Assembly (NCBI GenBank): GCA_000146045.2
Contig: BK006945.2
Span: forward strand, 64,001 to 128,000
Source: TPA_inf: Saccharomyces
Taxonomy: Eukaryota
Direction: 5' to 3'
Length of the DNA stretch: 64,000 bases
Part shown: in pieces, positions 44,676-57,321 of the stretch
Layout: the number at the start of each line of letters is the position of its first letter
Numbering within the stretch: position 1 is the stretch's first letter
Notes under the pieces: generated by a model
Seen by the model: the letters and a program-made list of their open reading frames with translations, nothing else
The model's database searches: none
Told to the model about the DNA's origin: nothing
Program-made: the position numbers and the translations under genes

Positions 44676-44972
44676 CTATTTATTATCGGTGGCGTCTTTT
44701 ATGGTTTTACCGTTGTTGCCTGGAGCATCCTCAGGAAGACCTAAATGTGACCATTCATCGTAGTCCATCAATTGGTGGTCCATCCTGCACCGCAGGTAGT
44801 CCTTTGCCAGTAGTCTACAATTCATTGCATTTTCGTTCTGCACAAGCTGCATACATTTGAGATACTCTTGCATGTACTTGGTGCATTCGCCGTCGTGGTC
44901 TAGCGGGAACGAACCTCTCTCGGGTGGAGTAGGTCTCAATGCGCTCAGCGAGCTTCCTGGGTTCCCTGACAT
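44676..44972 (-). CDS. COX19: Twin Cx9C (CHCH) mitochondrial intermembrane-space copper chaperone for cytochrome oxidase assembly, 98 aa
   Basis: The ORF is 98 aa with twin Cx9C motifs ([11 protein letters not shown]...[11 protein letters not shown]). Length matches COX19. Confidence 0.9.
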   Translation of the reverse strand: MSGNPGSSLSALRPTPPERGSFPLDHDGECTKYMQEYLKCMQLVQNENAMNCRLLAKDYLRCRMDHQLMDYDEWSHLGLPEDAPGNNGKTIKDATDNK

Positions 44973-45901
44973 TGGATTCTTGTGTTATGTTTCGTAAAAG
45001 ATACTTTGTGTGTAGTGGGTGCGTTTGCTTGTTTTCTTGAAGTATAGAAGAAGGAAAGAACGGAAGAAAAAATTTTTTTCCCTCTTGTTCGCTTTATTTG
45101 GATTTTCTCGTTTCTCAACTCCGCGAATTTGAGCCCTTTTCTTAGACCCCGGAGAGAAGATGCAGAGATGTAGTAATAAAAGCTTTTTATCCAAAAAGCT
45201 TTTAAGCTGTTGTTTTAAAAAAGGTTAAATGGGCGCTTTAGAGATCGGGTAGTGGGCAAAGCCTGCGATAAGAAAAGAGGGAGCGTGCTACTTGACCGGG
45301 AGCAGCAAAATGGGCGGCCCGAGCCTTAGATCATACTCATCGCCGATAAGAGTCAGCTTGGTAATAGAACCGCTGGTGCGTAAATGAGGCATAGAACTTA
45401 TTATCGTCTTAAAAAACTGCCCAAAAAAATATTTTCCAGGTTTCTTGAAGAGTAATCTTGTTATGTAATTTTTTTTTGCCTGTGGATTGTATAAGGGACC
45501 AGAGGCGGTCAAAAACGCAAAAAGCGGCATGGTAGGCGAAAATACTAGGACGATTACTACTCAACTGACGCGTCAACTTAATATTGTCCTGGTACATAAC
45601 CGAACCATCCCAGATGCGCTGTAAGTACTGTTTAAATGTATTTTAATATGTGCATAGAGCGTGTAAATTATGGCGAGCTATGGTTTCCGAATTGTCGGAC
45701 TGCTCATAGCCCTTGCTTTCGGAATATTAGAAGTGGTCTGGCGGTAAAGAAAGTGTGACATATGTCAGACGTTGAGACTTATATGTGTAAAGCTAAATAT
45801 AATAATTCAGTTAAAATAAAAGTGGGTGACAGGAAAAAATTAGAAATGTTGAAAATTTTTTTACCTTCACTCGCTACATAAAAACGTTGGAGGAGACTCC
45901 T

Positions 45902-47575
45902 TCATGGTCTTAATCTCTTTGGATCTCTTGGGAACAATGAAGCTCTTCTGATATTTTTCAAATCCAAATAGAACATAACAACTCTTTCCAAACCGATACC
46001 ACCACCGGCGTGTGGAGGACACCCATAGCTGAAGCCGTCACAGTAGTCCTTTAGACCTGGGTCCTCAGGAGACAAACCATGGGCTTTCATCCTTTCTTGT
46101 AATAGAGCATGGTCGTGGATACGTTGTGCACCGGACAAGATTTCTTCACCCCTCATGAAGAAATCATACGAGTTAGAATACTTAGGGTTGGCTGGGTCGG
46201 GCATTGTGTAGAAGGGACGGATCTCCAAGGGGAACTTGTCTAGGATGTAAAAGTCGGTGTCGTATTTGTCGCGAACCAACTTACCCAAGAACTTTTCATT
46301 TTCGGTACTCAAGTCTTCAAAATCACCAATTTCCTTACCGGCAGCTCTTAGCATTTCAATACCTTCTTTGTATGTTAGACGAACCATCTTACCATCTTTA
46401 GGTAACTTGAATTCTTCAACAGGGTATTGCTTACGTACCAACTCAATTTCATGAGCAAATCTCTTGGGCAATTCACTGAAAATAAACACAAACAACTCAC
46501 TCAACGTGTCCAAAACTTCGTGGTAATGTTCTTCGAAAGCCATTTCCATGTCCAAACCAGTAAACTCGGTCATGTGACGGTGGGTGTTGGAGTTTTCAGC
46601 CCTGAACACAGGCCCGATTTCGTAAACTCTTTCAAAGTCGGCCACAATCAATTGTTGCTTGTTAAATTGTGGAGATTGAGCTAGGTAGGCCTTCCCTTTG
46701 AAGTATGTCACCTCAAACACACTGGAACCACCTTCACTTGGTGCACCCAACAGTTTTGGTGTGTGTACTTCGGTAAATTTCTTTGTGGCCAAATATTCTC
46801 TGAACAACTCACAAACACCAGCTTGAATCCTGAAAATAGCTTGGTTGGTGACGGTTCTCAAGTCAATGACACGGTAGTCTAATCTGGTGTCCAAGTTGAC
46901 CACGGGCAAACCTGCAGCTTCAGCTTCAGCTTCGGAACGGGAGGCATCTTCCAAAAGGATTGGCAATGCTTCTGGAGTCTCGGAAATGGTATAAATCTTG
47001 GTAATGTGAATTTCCAGGTTTTGCACAGTAGCAGACTTGATTGGCTCATCTACCTTCTTGACAATACCTCTGACAAGGACAATGGACTCCAAATTCAATG
47101 AACCAGCCCATTTGACCATGTTTTTGCTGATGGTACCTTCCTTGTTGGCCTTTACTAGACCTTGGATCAAGGAAGCTTGTTGCCTTAAAGTTAAAAAGGC
47201 CAATGTTGCACCTTGTTGTCTGGTGTTGTGGACTCTTGCCCTGAAGAGGACTTCTTTGTCGCTATCCTTAGCCTCATCCAAGTCAACAAACTTGACACGC
47301 TTCTGACCAGTTCTGTCAGAGTCACGAGACTGGATCAATGGCAACTTACCGTAGTTGTCCTTTGCGGTGTCTTCGGCAGCGGCTTTCTTTTCACGGGCTT
47401 CTCTTTCAGCTTCCAACTGGAGAGCTCTTTCCTCCTTCTTTCTCTGTTTCTCTTGCTCTTTCTGCAATTTCTTCAAGGCCTTCTTGGACAATGGCTTACC
47501 ATCTTCCCCAAGAATAACTTGAGCAGGTTCTGCGGATTCTTCAACAGCTTTGACAATATTTTCGTCTTGAGACAT
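45902..47575 (-). CDS. DPS1: Cytoplasmic aspartyl-tRNA synthetase (class IIb), 557 aa from the first ATG
   Basis: The tracked ORF starts GTG-ATG (MMSQ...). The ATG start gives 557 aa, matching DPS1. It has a Lys-rich N-terminal extension, an OB anticodon-binding domain and class II motifs (FRAE, GLERVVM). Confidence 0.93.
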   Translation of the reverse strand: MSQDENIVKAVEESAEPAQVILGEDGKPLSKKALKKLQKEQEKQRKKEERALQLEAEREAREKKAAAEDTAKDNYGKLPLIQSRDSDRTGQKRVKFVDLDEAKDSDKEVLFRARVHNTRQQGATLAFLTLRQQASLIQGLVKANKEGTISKNMVKWAGSLNLESIVLVRGIVKKVDEPIKSATVQNLEIHITKIYTISETPEALPILLEDASRSEAEAEAAGLPVVNLDTRLDYRVIDLRTVTNQAIFRIQAGVCELFREYLATKKFTEVHTPKLLGAPSEGGSSVFEVTYFKGKAYLAQSPQFNKQQLIVADFERVYEIGPVFRAENSNTHRHMTEFTGLDMEMAFEEHYHEVLDTLSELFVFIFSELPKRFAHEIELVRKQYPVEEFKLPKDGKMVRLTYKEGIEMLRAAGKEIGDFEDLSTENEKFLGKLVRDKYDTDFYILDKFPLEIRPFYTMPDPANPKYSNSYDFFMRGEEILSGAQRIHDHALLQERMKAHGLSPEDPGLKDYCDGFSYGCPPHAGGGIGLERVVMFYLDLKNIRRASLFPRDPKRLRP

Positions 47576-48233
47576 CACGTAAAATGTTTCTTTTTTTCTT
47601 TTACAATTAACCTTAAGAGGCCGTTCCAGCCAATGATCGAAAACTTAAACAAATCGGTTGTCTTGCTTCATCCTTATATGACATTAAATAATTTTTCATT
47701 TCTTCTTTTTTCACGAAAATGCGTCATAAGGTACTCGTCACTGATGATTTCATAGACAATAAAGCAACAGCACAACGTAAAAGAGTTCTTATGGATGAGT
47801 CCCAATCCTATTGTTTTCTGTAGCCTAATGGTACAAAATGTGACGGTAATAGAATATATACTTTCATAATATCATAGGAACATCTTCAGCTTGGCCTGTC
47901 TCTTTGAGAAACAAAAACTGCATGTGCACAATTACTGCAGATGAACTTCAAGGAAACATATGTCCTGCTTGGAGGACCAGAAGCAAACCATTCTAGCTGT
48001 ATTTGCAACGCTTTTGTACCAAATGTACGTTATTATGTTATGTCGTCAGTGTAGATATATTAGATTTACATGCGGCTGTACCGCATCATTGGAAAATAAT
48101 GTCTGCAGGCTCGCAAAATTTAAGGGTTCCCTTCTACAATAGTAGTCAAAATTGCTTTTTTGCATATAACAAAGTGAAAAAAAAAAAAAATATGAGAGAC
48201 ATATCTAAAAGACATATATAATCTGCCACCAGA

Positions 48234-51200
48234 ATGAGTTGCACTGCGTCATATGCCGGCATGACAACTCCGGTGAAGGATAAGGAAGGCCACGGGATTC
48301 CATGCTTACAACCTATCGATGTAGTGGAATGTACCTATCAATATTTTACAAAATCACGGAATAAACTGTCTTTAAGGGTAGGCGATTTGATTTACGTACT
48401 CACTAAAGGTTCTAATGGCTGGTGGGATGGTGTTCTTATCAGACACAGCGCTAATAATAATAATAATTCGTTGATACTAGACAGAGGTTGGTTCCCCCCT
48501 TCTTTTTACACGGTCCATTCTAAACGAACTACACGGGGTGCCTGACATCGGTAATGAATTGGAAATATTTCAAGCGGGTCTTAATCTTAAACTGGAATTA
48601 TCAAGCAACCCAGTGATCTTATCATTGGAAGACTTTTTAGACTGCTGTCGCGATATTGAATTCAAGGAACAACTGGCTTGGTCACCTACTCCCGTCCACG
48701 AAAGGAAAGGCTGCTGTGAGCTGCTGTACTATAACCAGGATTTAGATGTTTATTGTCGCACGTTACCATATTTACCACAAAATCAAGTTGAAACCGTGAA
48801 CGACTATTCGTCTTTTCCTGCAATATCGAAGATAGCTGGTAAAAAGATGCCTATAACGTCAAGCCCCGATCTGTTCTATCTCAATGATTGTGATGTCGTC
48901 TATTGGTATGACCTCACTCGCTTAGTGTGTCATTATGTTAATTTAACAGAGCGCGACCTATTGGCAAATGAACGGGAAAAGTTTCTAACTTCCTTGGATT
49001 TATTAACAGCTCAAATAACCTATGTTTATATGCTTTTCAGGAATCTCCGTTTAGTTGAAGATAGTTTCAAAAAAACCCTCAAAAAACTAATTTACACCTT
49101 GTCTAGGTTTTCAATAAATGCAAATATTTGGTTTCATTCCACATTGTTTGAAGAAAGAGAAGCCATAGCCTCCCAGAAGGATCCAGAAAGAAGATCCCCT
49201 CTTCTACAGTCAATCCTAGGAACCTTCCAAAAATTTCATTTTCTACTGCGTTTACTACATTTCCTCTCAAATCCTAACGAACTTACAATACTGCCTCAAT
49301 TGACTCCTCGATTTTTCAAGGATTCTTTCAATACAATTTCATGGAATAACCCGTTTTTGCGTAAGCGTCTCAACCAGCATATGTCCCATGACCTACCGAG
49401 ACAGATGATTAAAGCCGTTGCTGGTGCTTCAGGAATTGTTGCGGAAAATATTGATGAAATTCCAGCTTCCAAACAGGGCACTTCATGCTCGTCAGAAACG
49501 TCTCACCATTCACCATCAGCCCCGTTTCAAAGAAGGAGAAGAGGTACCATTTTCTCTAATGTGTCAGGAAGTTCCGATGAGTCTGACACCATATGGTCCA
49601 AAAGGAAAAAACCATACCCGCTAAATGAAGAAACTCTAAGCCTTGTAAGGGCCAGGAAGAAGCAGCTTGATGGTAAACTAAAACAAATGATCAAAAGTGC
49701 TAATGAATATCTCAGTAACACGGCTAATTTTTCAAAAATGTTGAATTTTGAAATGAATTTCAAAACCTACGAAGAAGTAAGCGGAACAATTCCTATAATT
49801 GATATTCTGGAAAACCTAGATTTAACTATTTTTCTAAACTTGAGAGAGTTGGGAGATGAGAATAGAGTTTTTGACGAAGATGTCGCTATTGATGATGAAG
49901 ATGAAGAGTTTTTGAAACATTCTTTATCATCCCTATCGTATATCTTATCCGACTATTTTAATATGAAGCAATATTTTCATGATGTAGTAGTGAAATTTAT
50001 AATTGTCGCCCAGCATTTGACATTAGAGGATCCTTTCGTTTTCTCGCCAATGCAAAACGACTTGCCTACCGGTTATTATGAACCAATGAAACCTTCATCC
50101 TTGAATTTAGATAATGCCAAGGATAAGAAGAATGGGAGCCAAAATACTGATATCCAAGAGGAGGAAGATGAATATGAGCCAGACCCGGATAGTCTTATTC
50201 TCTTCCACAACCTCATCAATCAAGATTCTGATTTCAATGATTTAAAGTTTTTTAATCTCGCCCACGTTTTTAAAAAATCCTGTGATGACTATTTTGATGT
50301 GCTTAAACTAGCCATTGAGTTCGTGAATCAATTAATTCTAGAAAGAGAGAATTTGTTAAATTATGCTGCTAGAATGATGAAAAACAATATCACGGAATTG
50401 CTATTGCGCGGGGAAGAAGGCTATGGGTCCTATGACGGCGGTGAAACTGCCGAAAAAAGTGACACGAATGCTGTTTATGCAGATTCAGATACTAAAGACA
50501 ATGACGAATGGCGTGACAGCCAAGTCAAATTACCGAGGTATTTGCAGCGCGAGTATGACAGTGAACTGATTTGGGGCTCTAACAATAGGATTAAAGGTGG
50601 TTCTAAACACGCACTGATCTCTTACTTGACAGATAATGAAAAGAAGGATCTATTTTTCGATATTACTTTTTTAATCACTTTCAGAAGCATCTTTACTACA
50701 ACGGAGTTTTTAAGCTACTTGATTTCGCAATATAATTTGGATCCACCAGAGGATTTGTGCTTTGAAGAATACAATGAATGGGTGACGAAAAAGCTTATAC
50801 CGGTTAAATGTAGGGTGGTTGAGATTATGACAACCTTTTTCAAGCAATATTGGTTCCTGGGCTATGATGAGCCCGATCTTGCGACCCTAAATCTGGATTA
50901 TTTTGCGCAAGTAGCAATCAAGGAAAATATAACAGGATCTGTGGAATTACTAAAGGAGGTCAATCAGAAGTTTAAACATGGTAATATACAAGAAGCGACT
51001 GCACCAATGAAAACGTTAGATCAACAGATCTGCCAGGACCATTACTCGGGCACTTTATACTCTACCACGGAATCCATTTTGGCCGTCGATCCAGTTTTAT
51101 TTGCCACTCAATTAACGATACTAGAGCATGAAATTTATTGTGAGATAACCATTTTTGATTGTTTACAAAAAATTTGGAAGAACAAGTATACAAAATCGTA

Positions 51201-51993
51201 TGGGGCTTCACCGGGTTTGAACGAGTTTATCAGTTTTGCCAATAAACTGACAAATTTCATATCCTACTCTGTTGTAAAGGAGGCTGATAAAAGTAAGCGC
51301 GCCAAGCTACTCTCTCATTTTATTTTTATCGCAGAATATTGTAGGAAATTCAATAACTTTTCTTCCATGACTGCAATCATTTCAGCATTATATTCTTCAC
51401 CAATTTATCGTTTAGAGAAAACCTGGCAGGCAGTTATTCCTCAAACGAGAGATCTATTGCAGTCACTGAACAAGTTGATGGATCCCAAGAAAAATTTCAT
51501 AAATTACAGAAACGAGCTGAAATCTTTACATAGCGCTCCCTGCGTACCGTTTTTCGGCGTTTATTTATCTGATCTAACCTTTACTGATTCCGGAAATCCG
51601 GATTATCTTGTCTTGGAACATGGTTTAAAGGGTGTCCATGATGAGAAGAAATATATAAACTTCAACAAAAGGAGCAGACTTGTTGATATCTTACAAGAGA
51701 TCATATATTTCAAGAAAACACATTATGATTTCACTAAAGATCGGACGGTAATTGAATGTATATCAAATTCATTGGAAAACATCCCCCATATTGAGAAACA
51801 ATACCAATTATCATTAATTATTGAACCAAAACCAAGAAAGAAAGTCGTTCCGAATTCCAATTCGAATAATAAATCACAAGAAAAATCCAGGGATGACCAA
51901 ACCGATGAAGGAAAAACATCCACTAAGAAAGACAGATTTCCAAAATTTCAATTACATAAGACAAAGAAAAAAGCTCCCAAGGTTTCTAAGTAA
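48234..51993 (+). pseudogene. SDC25: Ras guanine-nucleotide exchange factor SDC25 (CDC25 paralogue), disrupted by a +1 frameshift into a 103-aa SH3 fragment and a long CDC25-homology fragment
   Basis: ORF 48234..48545 (frame 0) encodes an SH3 domain (...[23 protein letters not shown]...) and ends at TGA 48546. An open frame-1 reading starts at 48481 and runs to 51993. Its C-terminus has RasGEF-N and RasGEF domains. Joining the two gives about 1250 aa, the intact SDC25 length known from other strains. The frame change lies within the C6/T5 homopolymer at about 48494-48507. The S288C fragments are annotated YLL017W (103 aa) and YLL016W (1048 aa from the ATG at about 48847). Confidence 0.85.
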
Positions 51994-52431
51994 CGGCGCC
52001 GTATGTTCGATTTCCTTCTCTCGGTGGATTAATTATTTTGTTTGTTTTCTCCTGTTATATTATTTATTGATCACTATAGTAAACTATGTCCGTCATCAAG
52101 CCCGACGGCTGCTATCCCACAATGTTGATCGTATTGTTTGCCTAGTTTATTATATATTTGCTTATTTATAGCATACCATAATATTTAAATGCCCTCAAAT
52201 TTTTGGCCGTAGCGACATCGCGATAATTCCAATTCCCTTTAAAAAATTGCGCCTGAGTATAAGTTAATTCAGCCAGTTCTCCAAATTAAAATCGCATACT
52301 CCTGAACCTATCAACAGATTGTCCTCGCATACTTTTCTATACCAAGGTCTCTTCTGAACATATATTAGCAGTGGTTAATTTTAAAGAGATCATAAAGAAA
52401 ATTTTGTCTAAAAAAGATTAATATAAAGACA

Positions 52432-55400
52432 ATGTCTTCACTAGAAGTGGTAGATGGGTGCCCCTATGGATACCGACCATATCCAGATAGTGGCACAAAT
52501 GCATTAAATCCATGTTTTATATCAGTAATATCCGCCTGGCAAGCCGTCTTTTTCCTATTGATTGGTAGCTATCAATTGTGGAAACTTTATAAGAACAATA
52601 AAGTACCACCCAGATTTAAGAACTTTCCTACATTACCAAGTAAAATCAACAGTCGACATCTAACGCATTTGACCAATGTTTGCTTTCAGTCCACGCTTAT
52701 AATTTGTGAACTGGCCTTGGTATCCCAATCTAGCGATAGGGTTTATCCATTTATACTAAAGAAGGCTCTGTACTTGAATCTCCTTTTCAATTTGGGTATT
52801 TCTCTCCCTACTCAATACTTAGCTTATTTTAAAAGTACATTTTCAATGGGCAACCAGCTTTTCTATTACATGTTTCAAATTCTTCTACAGCTCTTCTTGA
52901 TATTGCAGAGGTACTATCATGGTTCTAGTAACGAAAGGCTTACTGTTATTAGCGGACAAACTGCTATGATTTTAGAAGTGCTCCTTCTTTTCAATTCTGT
53001 GGCAATTTTTATTTATGATCTATGCATTTTTGAGCCAATTAACGAATTATCTGAATACTACAAGAAAAATGGGTGGTATCCCCCCGTTCATGTACTATCC
53101 TATATTACATTTATCTGGATGAACAAACTGATTGTGGAAACTTACCGTAACAAGAAAATCAAAGATCCTAACCAGTTACCATTGCCGCCAGTAGATCTGA
53201 ATATTAAGTCGATAAGTAAGGAATTTAAGGCTAACTGGGAATTGGAAAAATGGTTGAATAGAAATTCTCTTTGGAGGGCCATTTGGAAGTCATTTGGTAG
53301 GACTATTTCTGTGGCTATGCTGTATGAAACGACATCTGATTTACTTTCTGTAGTACAGCCCCAGTTTCTACGGATATTCATAGATGGTTTGAACCCGGAA
53401 ACATCTTCTAAATATCCTCCTTTAAATGGTGTATTTATTGCTCTAACCCTTTTCGTAATCAGCGTGGTTTCTGTGTTCCTCACCAATCAATTTTATATTG
53501 GAATTTTTGAGGCTGGTTTGGGGATAAGAGGCTCTTTAGCTTCTTTAGTGTATCAGAAGTCCTTAAGATTGACGCTAGCAGAGCGTAACGAAAAATCTAC
53601 TGGTGACATCTTAAATTTGATGTCTGTGGATGTGTTAAGGATCCAGCGGTTTTTCGAAAATGCCCAAACCATTATTGGCGCTCCTATTCAGATTATTGTT
53701 GTATTAACTTCCCTGTACTGGTTGCTAGGAAAGGCTGTTATTGGAGGGTTGGTTACTATGGCTATTATGATGCCTATCAATGCCTTCTTATCTAGAAAGG
53801 TAAAAAAGCTATCAAAAACTCAAATGAAGTATAAGGACATGAGAATCAAGACTATTACAGAGCTTTTGAATGCTATAAAATCTATTAAATTATACGCCTG
53901 GGAGGAACCTATGATGGCAAGATTGAATCATGTTCGTAATGATATGGAGTTGAAAAATTTTCGGAAAATTGGTATAGTGAGCAATCTGATATATTTTGCG
54001 TGGAATTGTGTACCTTTAATGGTGACATGTTCCACATTTGGCTTATTTTCTTTATTTAGTGATTCTCCGTTATCTCCTGCCATTGTCTTCCCTTCATTAT
54101 CTTTATTTAATATTTTGAACAGTGCCATCTATTCCGTTCCATCCATGATAAATACCATTATAGAGACAAGCGTTTCTATGGAAAGATTAAAGTCATTCCT
54201 ACTTAGTGACGAAATTGATGATTCGTTCATCGAACGTATTGATCCTTCAGCGGATGAAAGAGCGTTACCTGCTATAGAGATGAATAATATTACATTTTTA
54301 TGGAAATCAAAAGAAGTATTAACATCTAGCCAATCTGGAGATAATTTGAGGACAGATGAAGAGTCTATTATCGGATCTTCTCAAATTGCGTTGAAGAATA
54401 TCGATCATTTTGAAGCAAAAAGGGGTGATTTAGTTTGTGTTGTTGGTCGGGTAGGAGCTGGTAAATCAACATTTTTGAAGGCAATTCTTGGTCAACTTCC
54501 TTGCATGAGTGGTTCTAGGGACTCGATACCACCTAAACTGATCATTAGATCATCGTCTGTAGCCTACTGTTCACAAGAATCCTGGATAATGAACGCATCT
54601 GTAAGAGAAAACATTCTATTTGGTCACAAGTTCGACCAAGATTATTATGACCTCACTATTAAAGCATGTCAATTGCTACCCGATTTGAAAATACTACCAG
54701 ATGGTGATGAAACTTTGGTAGGTGAAAAGGGCATTTCCCTATCAGGCGGTCAGAAGGCCCGTCTTTCATTAGCCAGAGCGGTGTACTCGAGAGCAGATAT
54801 TTATTTGTTGGATGACATTTTATCTGCTGTTGATGCAGAAGTTAGTAAAAATATTATTGAATATGTTTTGATCGGAAAGACGGCTTTATTAAAAAATAAA
54901 ACAATTATTTTAACTACCAATACTGTATCAATTTTAAAACATTCGCAGATGATATATGCGCTAGAAAACGGTGAAATTGTTGAACAAGGGAATTATGAGG
55001 ATGTAATGAACCGTAAGAACAATACTTCAAAACTGAAAAAATTACTAGAGGAATTTGATTCTCCGATTGATAATGGAAATGAAAGCGATGTCCAAACTGA
55101 ACACCGATCCGAAAGTGAAGTGGATGAACCTCTGCAGCTTAAAGTAACTGAATCAGAAACTGAGGATGAGGTTGTTACTGAGAGTGAATTAGAACTAATC
55201 AAAGCCAATTCTAGAAGAGCTTCTCTAGCTACGCTAAGACCTAGACCCTTTGTGGGAGCACAATTGGATTCCGTGAAGAAAACGGCGCAAAAGGCCGAGA
55301 AGACAGAGGTGGGAAGAGTCAAAACAAAGATTTATCTTGCGTATATTAAGGCTTGTGGAGTTTTAGGTGTTGTTTTATTTTTCTTGTTTATGATATTAAC

Positions 55401-57111
55401 AAGGGTTTTCGACTTAGCAGAGAATTTTTGGTTAAAGTACTGGTCAGAATCTAATGAAAAAAATGGTTCAAATGAAAGGGTTTGGATGTTTGTTGGTGTG
55501 TATTCCTTAATCGGAGTAGCATCGGCCGCATTCAATAATTTACGGAGTATTATGATGCTACTGTATTGTTCTATTAGGGGTTCTAAGAAACTGCATGAAA
55601 GCATGGCCAAATCTGTAATTAGAAGTCCTATGACTTTCTTTGAGACTACACCAGTTGGAAGGATCATAAACAGGTTCTCATCTGATATGGATGCAGTGGA
55701 CAGTAATCTACAGTACATTTTCTCCTTTTTTTTCAAATCAATACTAACCTATTTGGTTACTGTTATATTAGTCGGGTACAATATGCCATGGTTTTTAGTG
55801 TTCAATATGTTTTTGGTGGTTATCTATATTTACTATCAAACATTTTACATTGTGCTATCTAGGGAGCTAAAAAGATTGATCAGTATATCTTACTCTCCGA
55901 TTATGTCCTTAATGAGTGAGAGCTTGAACGGTTATTCTATTATTGATGCATACGATCATTTTGAGAGATTCATCTATCTAAATTATGAAAAAATCCAATA
56001 CAACGTTGATTTTGTCTTCAACTTTAGATCAACGAATAGATGGTTATCCGTGAGATTGCAAACTATTGGTGCTACAATTGTTTTGGCTACTGCAATCTTA
56101 GCACTAGCAACAATGAATACTAAAAGGCAACTAAGTTCGGGTATGGTTGGTCTACTAATGAGCTATTCATTAGAGGTTACAGGTTCATTGACTTGGATTG
56201 TAAGGACAACTGTGACGATTGAAACCAACATTGTATCAGTGGAGAGAATTGTTGAGTACTGCGAATTACCACCTGAAGCACAGTCCATTAACCCTGAAAA
56301 GAGGCCAGATGAAAATTGGCCATCAAAGGGTGGTATTGAATTCAAAAACTATTCCACAAAATACAGAGAAAATTTGGATCCAGTGCTGAATAATATTAAC
56401 GTGAAGATTGAGCCATGTGAAAAGGTTGGGATTGTTGGCAGAACAGGTGCAGGGAAGTCTACACTGAGCCTGGCATTATTTAGAATACTAGAACCTACCG
56501 AAGGTAAAATTATTATTGACGGCATTGATATATCCGACATAGGTCTGTTCGATTTAAGAAGCCATTTGGCAATTATTCCTCAGGATGCACAAGCTTTTGA
56601 AGGTACAGTAAAGACCAATTTGGACCCTTTCAATCGTTATTCAGAAGATGAACTTAAAAGGGCTGTTGAGCAGGCACATTTAAAGCCTCATCTGGAAAAA
56701 ATGCTGCACAGTAAACCAAGAGGTGATGATTCTAATGAAGAGGATGGCAATGTTAATGATATTCTGGATGTCAAGATTAATGAGAACGGTAGTAACTTGT
56801 CAGTGGGGCAAAGACAACTACTATGTTTGGCAAGAGCGCTGCTAAACCGTTCCAAAATATTGGTCCTTGATGAAGCAACGGCTTCTGTGGATATGGAAAC
56901 CGATAAAATTATCCAAGACACTATAAGAAGAGAATTTAAGGACCGTACCATCTTAACAATTGCACATCGTATCGACACTGTATTGGACAGTGATAAGATA
57001 ATTGTTCTTGACCAGGGTAGTGTGAGGGAATTCGATTCACCCTCGAAATTGTTATCCGATAAAACGTCTATTTTTTACAGTCTTTGTGAGAAAGGTGGGT
57101 ATTTGAAATAA
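52432..57111 (+). CDS. BPT1: Vacuolar ABC transporter, MRP/ABCC subfamily (TMD0-TMD1-NBD1-TMD2-NBD2), 1559 aa
   Basis: The ORF is 1559 aa. It has two Walker A motifs (GRVGAGKST, GRTGAGKST) and two ABC signatures (LSGGQKAR, LSVGQRQL). Length and position match BPT1. Confidence 0.95.
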   Translation: MSSLEVVDGCPYGYRPYPDSGTNALNPCFISVISAWQAVFFLLIGSYQLWKLYKNNKVPPRFKNFPTLPSKINSRHLTHLTNVCFQSTLIICELALVSQSSDRVYPFILKKALYLNLLFNLGISLPTQYLAYFKSTFSMGNQLFYYMFQILLQLFLILQRYYHGSSNERLTVISGQTAMILEVLLLFNSVAIFIYDLCIFEPINELSEYYKKNGWYPPVHVLSYITFIWMNKLIVETYRNKKIKDPNQLPLPPVDLNIKSISKEFKANWELEKWLNRNSLWRAIWKSFGRTISVAMLYETTSDLLSVVQPQFLRIFIDGLNPETSSKYPPLNGVFIALTLFVISVVSVFLTNQFYIGIFEAGLGIRGSLASLVYQKSLRLTLAERNEKSTGDILNLMSVDVLRIQRFFENAQTIIGAPIQIIVVLTSLYWLLGKAVIGGLVTMAIMMPINAFLSRKVKKLSKTQMKYKDMRIKTITELLNAIKSIKLYAWEEPMMARLNHVRNDMELKNFRKIGIVSNLIYFAWNCVPLMVTCSTFGLFSLFSDSPLSPAIVFPSLSLFNILNSAIYSVPSMINTIIETSVSMERLKSFLLSDEIDDSFIERIDPSADERALPAIEMNNITFLWKSKEVLTSSQSGDNLRTDEESIIGSSQIALKNIDHFEAKRGDLVCVVGRVGAGKSTFLKAILGQLPCMSGSRDSIPPKLIIRSSSVAYCSQESWIMNASVRENILFGHKFDQDYYDLTIKACQLLPDLKILPDGDETLVGEKGISLSGGQKARLSLARAVYSRADIYLLDDILSAVDAEVSKNIIEYVLIGKTALLKNKTIILTTNTVSILKHSQMIYALENGEIVEQGNYEDVMNRKNNTSKLKKLLEEFDSPIDNGNESDVQTEHRSESEVDEPLQLKVTESETEDEVVTESELELIKANSRRASLATLRPRPFVGAQLDSVKKTAQKAEKTEVGRVKTKIYLAYIKACGVLGVVLFFLFMILTRVFDLAENFWLKYWSESNEKNGSNERVWMFVGVYSLIGVASAAFNNLRSIMMLLYCSIRGSKKLHESMAKSVIRSPMTFFETTPVGRIINRFSSDMDAVDSNLQYIFSFFFKSILTYLVTVILVGYNMPWFLVFNMFLVVIYIYYQTFYIVLSRELKRLISISYSPIMSLMSESLNGYSIIDAYDHFERFIYLNYEKIQYNVDFVFNFRSTNRWLSVRLQTIGATIVLATAILALATMNTKRQLSSGMVGLLMSYSLEVTGSLTWIVRTTVTIETNIVSVERIVEYCELPPEAQSINPEKRPDENWPSKGGIEFKNYSTKYRENLDPVLNNINVKIEPCEKVGIVGRTGAGKSTLSLALFRILEPTEGKIIIDGIDISDIGLFDLRSHLAIIPQDAQAFEGTVKTNLDPFNRYSEDELKRAVEQAHLKPHLEKMLHSKPRGDDSNEEDGNVNDILDVKINENGSNLSVGQRQLLCLARALLNRSKILVLDEATASVDMETDKIIQDTIRREFKDRTILTIAHRIDTVLDSDKIIVLDQGSVREFDSPSKLLSDKTSIFYSLCEKGGYLK

Positions 57112-57321
57112 TGACATTGATTATTATATATGAAGATATAGAACATTTAATGCGCTGCAATATGTACGGTCACGCCAATTCTTTTTCTTTCTATATGCTT
57201 TCTAGTAACCCGGGTAATCACAAATGAAGCTAGTAGAGATATAACTAAATACAACTTAATTTTAACCTTATGTTGGATTGCTCAAGCAGTGTTCGAGAAA
57301 GACAGCGGCAGACAGATAGAA

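Noticed and set aside
51995-52035. tRNA B-box-like string GTTCGATTTCC just downstream of SDC25
   Set aside because: It is one base off the B-box consensus (GGTTCGANTCC). It has no upstream A-box and no cloverleaf potential in the flanks. It is not a tRNA.
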